DNA of 12,431 nucleotides from IMG/VR virus record IMGVR_UViG_2617270973_000001; one strand, written 5' to 3'. The position numbers and the translations under genes were made by a program. Positions 1 to 6,233 of this stretch are shown one piece after another. This DNA is from a virus. Its lineage: Duplodnaviria; Heunggongvirae; Uroviricota; Caudoviricetes. How positions within the stretch are numbered: the first letter of the stretch is position 1; the number at the start of each line of letters is the position of its first letter. Under the pieces are notes generated by a model, which saw nothing but the letters and a program-made list of their open reading frames with translations, searched no databases and was not told where the DNA came from.

Positions 1-177
1 CGCGAACGATACAGCCGTACCGCGATTAACAACATCAAAAAATTCTGGTCGCTGACAGCGAAAGGCTGCATGTTCGGCAAGAACATCACCAGTCCCGCAA
101 ATCCGCGCGAGACGCAGCCGCATTTCTTCGAATCCCGATTCCCTGAGCTGTTAAAGCTGCTCGATACCGTTCATTGA
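1..177 (+). CDS. 3' end (58 codons) of an upstream gene, product unidentified; likely a nin-region-type phage protein
   Basis: Frame 1 is open from the window edge to TGA at 175-177 (…KKFWSLTAKGCMFGKNITSPANPRETQPHFFESRFPELLKLLDTVH*); the other two forward frames are interrupted. The stop lies immediately before the next gene start (179/185). Confidence 0.45.
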   Translation, partial: RERYSRTAINNIKKFWSLTAKGCMFGKNITSPANPRETQPHFFESRFPELLKLLDTVH

Positions 178-178
178 G

Positions 179-1174
179 GTGACCGTGAGAGCACTACTGA
201 CCCCTGAAATTGCCCCGCGTATGGGGATCGTATTGTTCAGGCCAGGTTCAGAGCTGATGCCCCTGTTTATGCAGGGGCGTGTTCTGCTGGAGCCTGAGCC
301 GGAACGTTATTCATCTTTCGCCAGTGGTGCCGTTCCGGCGGCATCACAACCGCTGGCGGATGATCCTGCCGTTCGGGCCGTGTTCCGCAATGAGGCAGTG
401 ATCCGTCGTGCTGGTGGCGTGGAATGTCTTGAAAGCTGGTTACTTCGTGAAAAAGGCTGCCAGTGGCCTCATTCCGACTGGCACAGCGAGAACATGACCA
501 CAATGCGACACGCTCCGGGCGCAATCCGTCTGTGCTGGCACTGCGATAACCAGCTGCGCGATCAGTTCACGGAACGGCTGGAATCAATGGCAACGGATAA
601 CTGTGCCCGCTGGGTGTTGTCTGTTGTGCGTCGGGATCTCGGTTTTGATGATAGTCACGTTGTGACAATGCCGGAACTGTGCTGGTGGCTGATTCGTAAT
701 GACCTGGCGGATGCCTTACCGGAAAGTGCAGCCCGTAAGGCACTGAGATTACCAAAGCCTGTTGTGCCGTCTGTCACCCGGGAAAGTGACCTTGTGCCTT
801 CGGTTCCTGCCACCAGCATCATCCAGGATAAGGCAAAAAAGGTGCTGGCGCTGAAAGTGGATCCGGAGTCGCCGGAGTCTTTTATGTTACGCCCAAAACG
901 CCGCCGCTGGGTTAATGAAAAGTACACGCGCTGGGTTAAGACACAGCCGTGTGCATGTTGTGGAAAGCCTGCTGATGATCCCCACCACCTGATAGGCCAC
1001 GGTCAGGGTGGAATGGGTACAAAAGCGCATGACCTCTTTGTGTTGCCTTTGTGCAGAAAGCATCACGACGAGCTGCATGCGGATACCGTGGCATTTGAAG
1101 AGAAGTATGGCTCCCAGCTGGAGCTGATATTTCGTTTTATCGATCGTGCGCTGGCAATTGGCGTATTGGCGTAA
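179..1174 (+). CDS. YdfU-like prophage protein (DUF968 family) with C-terminal Cys/His cluster
   Basis: 331-codon ORF. GTG start at 179 or 185, with GAGG at 176-179 favouring 185. C-terminus carries CACCGKPADDPHHLIGHGQGGMGTKAHDLFVLPLCRKHHDELH, which I recognise as the YdfU/DUF968 signature. It sits directly upstream of a 250-aa Q-like gene, the same order as ydfU-quuQ in the E. coli Qin prophage (from memory). Confidence 0.65.
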   Translation: MTVRALLTPEIAPRMGIVLFRPGSELMPLFMQGRVLLEPEPERYSSFASGAVPAASQPLADDPAVRAVFRNEAVIRRAGGVECLESWLLREKGCQWPHSDWHSENMTTMRHAPGAIRLCWHCDNQLRDQFTERLESMATDNCARWVLSVVRRDLGFDDSHVVTMPELCWWLIRNDLADALPESAARKALRLPKPVVPSVTRESDLVPSVPATSIIQDKAKKVLALKVDPESPESFMLRPKRRRWVNEKYTRWVKTQPCACCGKPADDPHHLIGHGQGGMGTKAHDLFVLPLCRKHHDELHADTVAFEEKYGSQLELIFRFIDRALAIGVLA

Positions 1175-1187
1175 GTGGAGAACGAGC

Positions 1188-1940
1188 ATGAACCTTGAAG
1201 CCTTACCAAAATATTACTCCCCAAAATCTCCAAAATTGAGCGATGACGCACCGGCGACAGGCTCAGGTGGTTTAACGATTACGGATGTGATGGCTGCGCA
1301 GGGGATGGTGCAGTCGAAAGCACCGCTTGGGTTTGCCTTATTCCTGGCAAAAGTTGGTGTTCAGGATCCTCAGTTTGCGATTGAAGGTCTGCTCAATTAC
1401 GCGATGGCACTGGATAACCCGACATTGAACAAATTGAGTGAAGAAACCCGGTTACAGATCATCCCTTACCTTGTGAATTTTGCCTTTGCTGATTATTCCA
1501 GGTCTGCGGCAAGTAAGGCTCGCTGTGAGCATTGTGCTGGTACTGGATTTCATAATGTATTGCGCGAAGTGGTGAAACACTCCAGAAGCGGGGAATCTGT
1601 TATCAAGGAAGAGTGGGTGAAGGAACTATGTCAGCATTGCCATGGTAAGGGAGAAGTCAGCACAGCGTGCAGAGGGTGTAAGGGTAAAGGTATTGTCCTG
1701 GATGAAAAAAGAACCCGGCTTCATGGTGTGCCTGTTTATAAGATTTGTGGGCGTTGCAATGGCAACCGGTTTAGCCGTTTACCAACCACACTGGCGCGGC
1801 ATCATGTCCAGAAGCTGGTACCGGACCTGACGGATTATCAGTGGTACAAAGGATATGCAGATGTCATTGATAAACTGGTTACAAAGTGCTGGCAGGAAGA
1901 AGCATATGCAGAGACACAATTGAGAAAAGTGACAAGATAA
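1188..1940 (+). CDS. Late-gene antiterminator Q-like protein (QuuQ / phage 82 Q type), zinc-finger containing
   Basis: 250 aa from ATG 1188, with GGAG at 1177-1180. The track's 1146 start has no RBS and overlaps the upstream gene. Four CxxCxGxG-type motifs (CEHCAGTG, CQHCHGKG, CRGCKGKG, CGRCNGN). Followed within 150 bp by a promoter-like element and a strong intrinsic terminator, then the lysis genes. Confidence 0.7.
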   Translation: MNLEALPKYYSPKSPKLSDDAPATGSGGLTITDVMAAQGMVQSKAPLGFALFLAKVGVQDPQFAIEGLLNYAMALDNPTLNKLSEETRLQIIPYLVNFAFADYSRSAASKARCEHCAGTGFHNVLREVVKHSRSGESVIKEEWVKELCQHCHGKGEVSTACRGCKGKGIVLDEKRTRLHGVPVYKICGRCNGNRFSRLPTTLARHHVQKLVPDLTDYQWYKGYADVIDKLVTKCWQEEAYAETQLRKVTR

Positions 1941-1971
1941 ATGATTTTCGCCGAAGATGGCGACATGATGC

Positions 1972-2000
1972 TTGCATTTTTCAAAAAATATGGTTAGGAT
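1972..2000 (+). promoter_or_regulatory. Candidate late promoter (pR'-like): -35 TTGCAT, 17-bp spacer, -10 TAGGAT
   Basis: TTGCAT at 1972-1977 and TAGGAT at 1995-2000 with a 17-bp A/T-rich spacer, immediately downstream of the Q-like gene, where lambdoid phages carry pR'. Hexamers are imperfect and the assignment is positional. Confidence 0.3.
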
Positions 2001-2009
2001 TCTCCTAAC
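1993..2009. repeat. Perfect 7-bp inverted repeat GTTAGGA-ttc-TCCTAAC overlapping the candidate -10/+1 region
   Basis: Read directly: 1993-1999 GTTAGGA, 3-nt spacer, 2003-2009 TCCTAAC. Possible protein-binding palindrome or nascent-RNA hairpin at the start of the late transcript. Confidence 0.5.
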
Positions 2010-2050
2010 GATGGGCTTTGTATGTCTGCCGTTAACGAAATCATAACAAA

Positions 2051-2075
2051 CCTCGCTTCGGCGGGGTTTTTGCTT
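2051..2075 (+). terminator. Intrinsic terminator (tR'-like)
   Basis: 6-bp G/C-rich stem CCTCGC/GCGGGG (one G-U pair) closed by a UUCG tetraloop, followed by TTTTTGCTTTT. Lies about 50-70 nt downstream of the candidate promoter and 20 nt upstream of the RBS of the next ORF. Confidence 0.65.
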
Positions 2076-2090
2076 TTCTGGAGGTCAATA

Positions 2091-2348
2091 ATGCAGGGCG
2101 AAAAGCAGCAGCCATATTTTTTTAACCCTGGTATGACTGTTGAACAGCTTGAAGACTGGCTGGAGCAGCAAAAGCTTCATCTAAGCCGCTATAACCGTCT
2201 GGTAAAAGAAAAAGCAGAGCTTGAAGAACGGCTCAGTGATATTTCTGTGGAAATTGAACGAATGTCTGCTGGTGGTTTTAACGGAAAGTTGAGTTTCCCC
2301 TGGGAGTCAAGTCCGCCTCTGAGAAATAATCAACAGGGTAGTGTTTGA
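2091..2348 (+). CDS. Hypothetical protein, 85 aa, predicted coiled coil; first ORF after the tR'-like terminator
   Basis: ATG at 2091 preceded by GGAGG at 2081-2085. The track's 2022 start would make the terminator hairpin coding. The central segment (EQLEDWLEQQKLHLSRYNRLVKEKAELEERLSDISVEIERM) is strongly charged and heptad-like. No family recognised. Confidence 0.55.
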   Translation: MQGEKQQPYFFNPGMTVEQLEDWLEQQKLHLSRYNRLVKEKAELEERLSDISVEIERMSAGGFNGKLSFPWESSPPLRNNQQGSV

Positions 2349-2493
2349 CTGAAAGTTTTAGTGAGCGGAGAAATTCTGCTGCTTCTTCTGATATGTAATC
2401 AGGTTTTAGTCTGTCTGAAATAATAGACAAACTGTCATTAAGATCCCTTCCCCTCATATCTGAGAGGACCAACAGCAATTAAGAGGGGGCTAA

Positions 2494-2880
2494 ATGTCCG
2501 ATCCGATTTCCGGTACTGGGCTGGCTGGTGGTGCCCTGACGGGTGCCAGTGTTTATGGACTGCTGACCGGAACTGATTACGGCGTTGTATTTGGCGCATT
2601 TGCAGGGGCTGTATTCTACATAGCAACAGCAGCAGATCTGAGTGCATCGCGTCGACTGGCATATTTTATCGTGTCATATATTGCCGGGATCCTTTGCTCT
2701 GGGTTGGTTGGCTCCAAGCTGGCGAACTTGACCGGATACAGTGATAAACCTCTGGATGCTATTGGTGCCGTAATCGTCTCTGCTTTAGCCGTTAAAATCC
2801 TGACGTTCCTGAATAATCAGGATATCGGCTCGCTGGTGGCGCTCATAACGCGCCGGGGAGGTTCAGGTGGAGCTAAATGA
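2494..2880 (+). CDS. Putative holin (phage lysis membrane protein), 128 aa
   Basis: Strong RBS (AGAGGGGG) upstream of ATG 2494. Gly/Ala-rich hydrophobic segments consistent with 2-3 transmembrane helices and a charged C-terminal tail. First gene of a lysis cassette that ends with endolysin and Rz/Rz1. Confidence 0.7.
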   Translation: MSDPISGTGLAGGALTGASVYGLLTGTDYGVVFGAFAGAVFYIATAADLSASRRLAYFIVSYIAGILCSGLVGSKLANLTGYSDKPLDAIGAVIVSALAVKILTFLNNQDIGSLVALITRRGGSGGAK

Positions 2881-3148
2881 CCCGACAGCAACTATAAATG
2901 CGCTGTTATGTGCTTGTGTTGTTATTACTCTGATGTTTTATCGTCGTGGTGATTCGCGGCATCGTCCTTGGGTTTCACGTTTAGCCTGGCTGATTACTGT
3001 TACATACAGTGCTGTTCCGTTGGCCTATCTCTGTGGGATTTATCCTCATTCCTCATGGCCCATTATCGTGGCGAACACTATTTTTCTTTCCGTGCTGGTG
3101 GCCGTCAGAGGCAACGTTGCACGTCTGGTTGATCATCTGAGGCACTAA
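2867..3148 (+). CDS. Second small lysis-cassette membrane protein (holin or antiholin-like), 93 aa
   Basis: GTG start at 2867 with GGGGAGG at 2855-2861; overlaps the stop of the preceding gene. About three hydrophobic segments; its stop TAA (3146-3148) overlaps the endolysin ATG (3148). Confidence 0.65.
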   Translation: MELNDPTATINALLCACVVITLMFYRRGDSRHRPWVSRLAWLITVTYSAVPLAYLCGIYPHSSWPIIVANTIFLSVLVAVRGNVARLVDHLRH

Positions 3149-3762
3149 TGAACCAACAATTATTTCAAAAGGCGGCTGGTATTAGCGCCGGGCTGGCTGC
3201 GCGCTGGTTTCCGCACATTGATGCGGCGATGAAGGAATTCGGCATTACAGCACCAGCGGATCAGGCAATGTTTATCGCTCAGGTAGGCCATGAGTCGATG
3301 GGGTTTAGCGCCGTAGTTGAAAATTTTAACTACACACCATCTGCGCTGGTGGCGACGTTCGGAAAGAGGATCACACAGCAGCAGGCTGATGCCCTTGGCA
3401 GAACATCCGGACATGCAGCTCGTCAGGATGCTATTGCCAATCTGGTGTATAGCAACCGACTGGGTAACAAAGCACCCGGTGATGGCTGGAAATATCGCGG
3501 TAGAGGATTAATTCAAATCACTGGCCTCCATAATTATCGCATCTGTGGCGCGGCGCTGAAGTTAGATCTGGTGACCTCACCTGAACAACTGGAGCAGGAG
3601 CTACAGGCCGCGCGCTCAGCTGCATGGTTCTACACATCTAAAGGCTGCATGGTCTACGGTGCCGATATTAATCGTGTTACGCGCATCATTAACGGCGGTC
3701 TGAACGGTATTGAGGATCGTAAGATTCGATACAACAAGGCGCGGGCGGCGCTGCTGGTATGA
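3148..3762 (+). CDS. Endolysin, glycoside hydrolase family 19 (chitinase-like) type
   Basis: 204 aa. Contains YRGRGLIQITGLHNY and AAWFY, which resemble the class I chitinase / GH19 signatures. Sits between the holin-like genes and Rz. Confidence 0.85.
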   Translation: MNQQLFQKAAGISAGLAARWFPHIDAAMKEFGITAPADQAMFIAQVGHESMGFSAVVENFNYTPSALVATFGKRITQQQADALGRTSGHAARQDAIANLVYSNRLGNKAPGDGWKYRGRGLIQITGLHNYRICGAALKLDLVTSPEQLEQELQAARSAAWFYTSKGCMVYGADINRVTRIINGGLNGIEDRKIRYNKARAALLV

Positions 3763-4220
3763 AGATGAGTTATTGGGCGCTCATTTTAACGTTTATTGCT
3801 TGTATTGCTGGTGGTCTTGTCTGGTCAGCTAATCATTACCACAATAAAGCCATTGAATACAAAAAACAGCGCGACGAAAACGCTATGGCATTAGATTCGG
3901 CTATGGCGACGATCTCTGATATGCAGAAGCGTCAACGTGACGTAGCAGAACTCGATGCCAGATATACAAAGGAGCTTGCTGATGCTAACGCGACTATCGA
4001 AAGTCTCCGTGCTGATGTTTCTGCTGGTCGTAAGCGCCTGCAAGTCGCAGCCACCTGTGCAAAGTCAACGACCGGAGCCAGCGGCATGGGCGATGGAGAA
4101 AGCCCAGGACTTACAGCAGATGCTGAACTCAATTATTACCGTCTCCGAAGTGGAATCGACAGGATAACCGCGCAGGTTAACTACCTGCAGGAGTACATCA
4201 GGACTCAGTGCTTAAAATAA
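3759..4220 (+). CDS. Rz: Rz-like i-spanin (inner-membrane spanin subunit)
   Basis: 153 aa. N-terminal transmembrane helix (YWALILTFIACIAGGLVW) followed by a charged coiled-coil-like periplasmic region. ATG overlaps the endolysin stop (ATGA). A lipoprotein ORF is embedded in its +1 frame. Confidence 0.8.
   Translation: MKMSYWALILTFIACIAGGLVWSANHYHNKAIEYKKQRDENAMALDSAMATISDMQKRQRDVAELDARYTKELADANATIESLRADVSAGRKRLQVAATCAKSTTGASGMGDGESPGLTADAELNYYRLRSGIDRITAQVNYLQEYIRTQCLK
3982..4167 (+). CDS. Rz1: Rz1-like o-spanin (outer-membrane lipoprotein) embedded in the +1 frame of Rz
   Basis: ATG 3982 preceded by AAAGGAG at 3968-3974. Signal peptide with lipobox (MLTRLSKVSVLMFLLVVSAC), then a Pro-rich mature region (KSQPPVQSQRPEP…). 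Lies entirely inside Rz. The track's 3955 start is an in-frame alternative without an RBS. Confidence 0.75.
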   Translation: MLTRLSKVSVLMFLLVVSACKSQPPVQSQRPEPAAWAMEKAQDLQQMLNSIITVSEVESTG

Positions 4221-4262
4221 TTTTAACTTCACTGAAATTTAACAAGTGACTTTCAGGAAAAT

Positions 4263-4286
4263 GCCTCGCAGAAGCGGGGCTTTTTT
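4263..4286 (+). terminator. Intrinsic terminator downstream of the lysis cassette
   Basis: GCCTCGC-AGAA-GCGGGGC stem-loop (7 bp, one G-U pair) followed by TTTTTT at 4281-4286, about 40 nt after the Rz stop. Confidence 0.65.
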
Positions 4287-4433
4287 ATGTCCTCAGTAAA
4301 TGCGCTTCACACGCGCGACTTATGAACACAGAGCCTTTCAGGATGACCCTTGAGGATGCCGGTTTGGTTATCGGTGCCTTTCTGTGGGCCGGAATCCTGT
4401 GTGACAAGGTTCATCACTAAAAGGTAATTACCG

Positions 4434-4976
4434 ATGAATTATCCAACTATCGTTGACGGCATTGATTTCAAAGAACTGGTTTTTATTACCAACAATGACC
4501 CTGTCACCGATTCATTTATGGTGGCGAAAGCATTTCGTAAGCGACATGACAACGTTGTGCGTGATGTAGAAAGAACTATCGCTGCTTGTCCTGAAGAGTT
4601 TGATACAAAACTCAATTTTGAGGTTTGCTATAAAAACAATGAGTTACAGAATGGTAAGCCACAAAAATTCTATCGGCTACGTAAGGATGGGTTGATGCTT
4701 TTGGTTATGTCCTACACCAAAAAAGAAGCAATGCGTATCAAAATTGCTTACATCAACGCATTCAACTGGATGTACGCCATGCTTCAGGTTGGTAATCGTC
4801 AATTTGAAGAAGAGCGAAATGCCGTAATGCTGGAGTACATGAAAGAGAAGGATGTTGCCAGCATGTCAGGTCGCCTGCTAAATCGCTGGGGAAAAATTAA
4901 GAAGCCACAGCTGCTGGCTAGAATTGAACGCCTTGAACAGCACGGGCAAACCGTAATTCCCGGACTCACCAATTAA
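4434..4976 (+). CDS. Phage regulatory protein, Rha family
   Basis: 180 aa. The N-terminal region (ELVFITNNDPVTDSFMVAKAFRKRHDNVVRDVERTI) matches the conserved Rha-domain motif (…GKRHDNVLRDI…). Visibly more A/T-rich than its neighbours and bracketed by a terminator upstream and a 285-bp non-coding stretch downstream. Confidence 0.8.
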   Translation: MNYPTIVDGIDFKELVFITNNDPVTDSFMVAKAFRKRHDNVVRDVERTIAACPEEFDTKLNFEVCYKNNELQNGKPQKFYRLRKDGLMLLVMSYTKKEAMRIKIAYINAFNWMYAMLQVGNRQFEEERNAVMLEYMKEKDVASMSGRLLNRWGKIKKPQLLARIERLEQHGQTVIPGLTN

Positions 4977-5262
4977 CGGCAGCACCGCGAAACAACCCAA
5001 GCCAGTAAGTGGGGAAATAACACTGGCAGCCACTGAAAGATGAACCTCCAGCCTTATGGCAAAAAAGATTCTTTGTGGTGGCGGACTGATGGAAAGACAT
5101 CGGTTATTGCAGAGGCCATTCAATGAGTGGTCTCGACAATGGCTTATACCCTGCATGGGATAACTTAACTGATATCCCTTTTAACGGATAAACGGAGCCA
5201 ATAATGGCAGAGAATGTCGGCATTATGGCAGTGAAATTTGGATAAATCGGAGATTAGTACAT

Positions 5263-5613
5263 ATGCCGCCACGAATCCCAAAAGCCTGCCGTGTTCGCGG
5301 TTGCCGCCATACCACCACAGATCCGTCAGGATATTGTGAAAGCCACAAAAGCGAAGGCTGGACGCAATATAAGCCAGGTCAGTCCCGTCACCAGCGCGGT
5401 TATGGTTCGAAGTGGGACGTTATCCGCGCGCGTGTGCTGAAGCGTGACAAAGGCCTGTGCCAGTTGTGCCTGCGTGCCGGTGTGGTTCGTGAGGCGAAAA
5501 CCGTTGACCACATCATCCCTAAAGCGCATGGCGGCACAGATGCCGACAGCAATCTGCAGAGTTTGTGCTGGCCGTGCCATAAGGCGAAGACGGCCCGTGA
5601 ACGGCTAAAGTGA
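5263..5613 (+). CDS. HNH endonuclease (terminase-associated type)
   Basis: 116 aa. N-terminal Cys cluster (CRVRGCRH…C) and a classic HNH core (DHIIPKAHGG…NLQSLCWPCHKAKT). GGAG at 5249-5252. Directly upstream of the terminase small subunit, as in HK97-like phages. Confidence 0.85.
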   Translation: MPPRIPKACRVRGCRHTTTDPSGYCESHKSEGWTQYKPGQSRHQRGYGSKWDVIRARVLKRDKGLCQLCLRAGVVREAKTVDHIIPKAHGGTDADSNLQSLCWPCHKAKTARERLK

Positions 5614-5639
5614 TAATAATTCTCAACTGTCTGAGGGGA

Positions 5640-5699
5640 GGGGCGGGTCAAATCCCTGTGACCTGACGTCTTCCGGACTGCCCGCCCCATCGTTTTTTT
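5640..5699. other. G/C-rich inverted repeat plus T-tract between HNH and terS: candidate cos/packaging site or terminator
   Basis: GGGGCGGG (5640-5647) and CCCGCCCC (5681-5688) form a perfect 8-bp inverted repeat about 33 bp apart, followed by TTTTTTT (5693-5699). HK97-type phages place cos between the HNH gene and terS. Confidence 0.4.
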
Positions 5700-5738
5700 A
5701 TACCCGCGAAAAATGAAATTTAACCAGGAGTGCCGCAT

Positions 5739-6233
5739 ATGGCTGGAACGGCGGGGCGTTCCGGGCGTCGCCCCAAGCCAACGGCGCGCAAGGCGCTGGC
5801 CGGAAACCCCGGCAAGCGAGCCCTGAATAAAGATGAACCTGTTTTTACGCCCATCAAAGGTGTTGAGCCACCGGAGTGGTTCGCTGAAGAAGATCTCCCT
5901 CTCGCTACGATCATGTGGCAACTGACAACTAAAGAACTCTGCGGTCAGGGTCTGCTGTGCGTGACTGACCTCGCGGTGCTTGAGCGGTGGTGCGTGGCCT
6001 ACGAGTTCTGGCGACGTGCCGTGAAAAATATTGCCAGACAGGGCAACACCATCACCGGTGCAATGGGCGGTATGGTCAAAAATCCGGAGCTGACCGCCAA
6101 AAAAGAACAGGAGTCCGAGATGAGCAGTACGGGGGCAATGCTCGGACTCGACCCCAGCAGCCGCCAGCGTCTGATTGGCCTGGCGGGGCAGAAGAAAGCC
6201 ACTAACCCGTTTCTGAAAATCATCGAATCATGA
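5739..6233 (+). CDS. terS: Terminase small subunit, P27 family
   Basis: ATG 5739 with AGGAG at 5726-5730; the track's GTG 5730 start overlaps the RBS. N-terminal [29 protein letters not shown] and C-terminal [11 protein letters not shown] fit the P27-type small terminase pattern. Its stop overlaps the terL start (ATGA). Confidence 0.85.
   Translation: MAGTAGRSGRRPKPTARKALAGNPGKRALNKDEPVFTPIKGVEPPEWFAEEDLPLATIMWQLTTKELCGQGLLCVTDLAVLERWCVAYEFWRRAVKNIARQGNTITGAMGGMVKNPELTAKKEQESEMSSTGAMLGLDPSSRQRLIGLAGQKKATNPFLKIIES

Noticed and set aside
1146-1187. Upstream ATG (1146) as start of the Q-like gene
   Set aside because: No Shine-Dalgarno and a 29-nt overlap with the preceding gene; ATG 1188 has GGAG at proper spacing.
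1642-1830. 62-aa alternative-frame ORF inside the Q-like gene
   Set aside because: Fully embedded in a well-supported gene, with no RBS and no lipobox or signal features like those that support Rz1.
2022-2090. Upstream ATG (2022) as start of the 108-aa version of the unknown ORF
   Set aside because: It would place the tR'-like terminator hairpin inside the coding sequence and has no RBS, whereas ATG 2091 has a canonical GGAGG.
2353-2412. Two GTTTTAGT motifs that superficially resemble the start of a CRISPR repeat
   Set aside because: Only two short copies, no regular repeat-spacer periodicity, no longer conserved repeat unit and no cas genes; judged not to be a CRISPR array.
4878-5156. 92-aa minus-strand ORF in the rha-HNH intergenic region
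   Set aside because: Overlaps the rha 3' end antisense, has an odd composition and no start signals. The region is better explained as non-coding regulatory or packaging DNA.
5400-5921. 173-aa minus-strand ORF spanning the HNH gene, the intergenic region and the terS start
   Set aside because: Antisense to two well-supported + strand genes and crossing the putative cos/terminator region; Arg/Ser-rich low-complexity translation typical of shadow ORFs.
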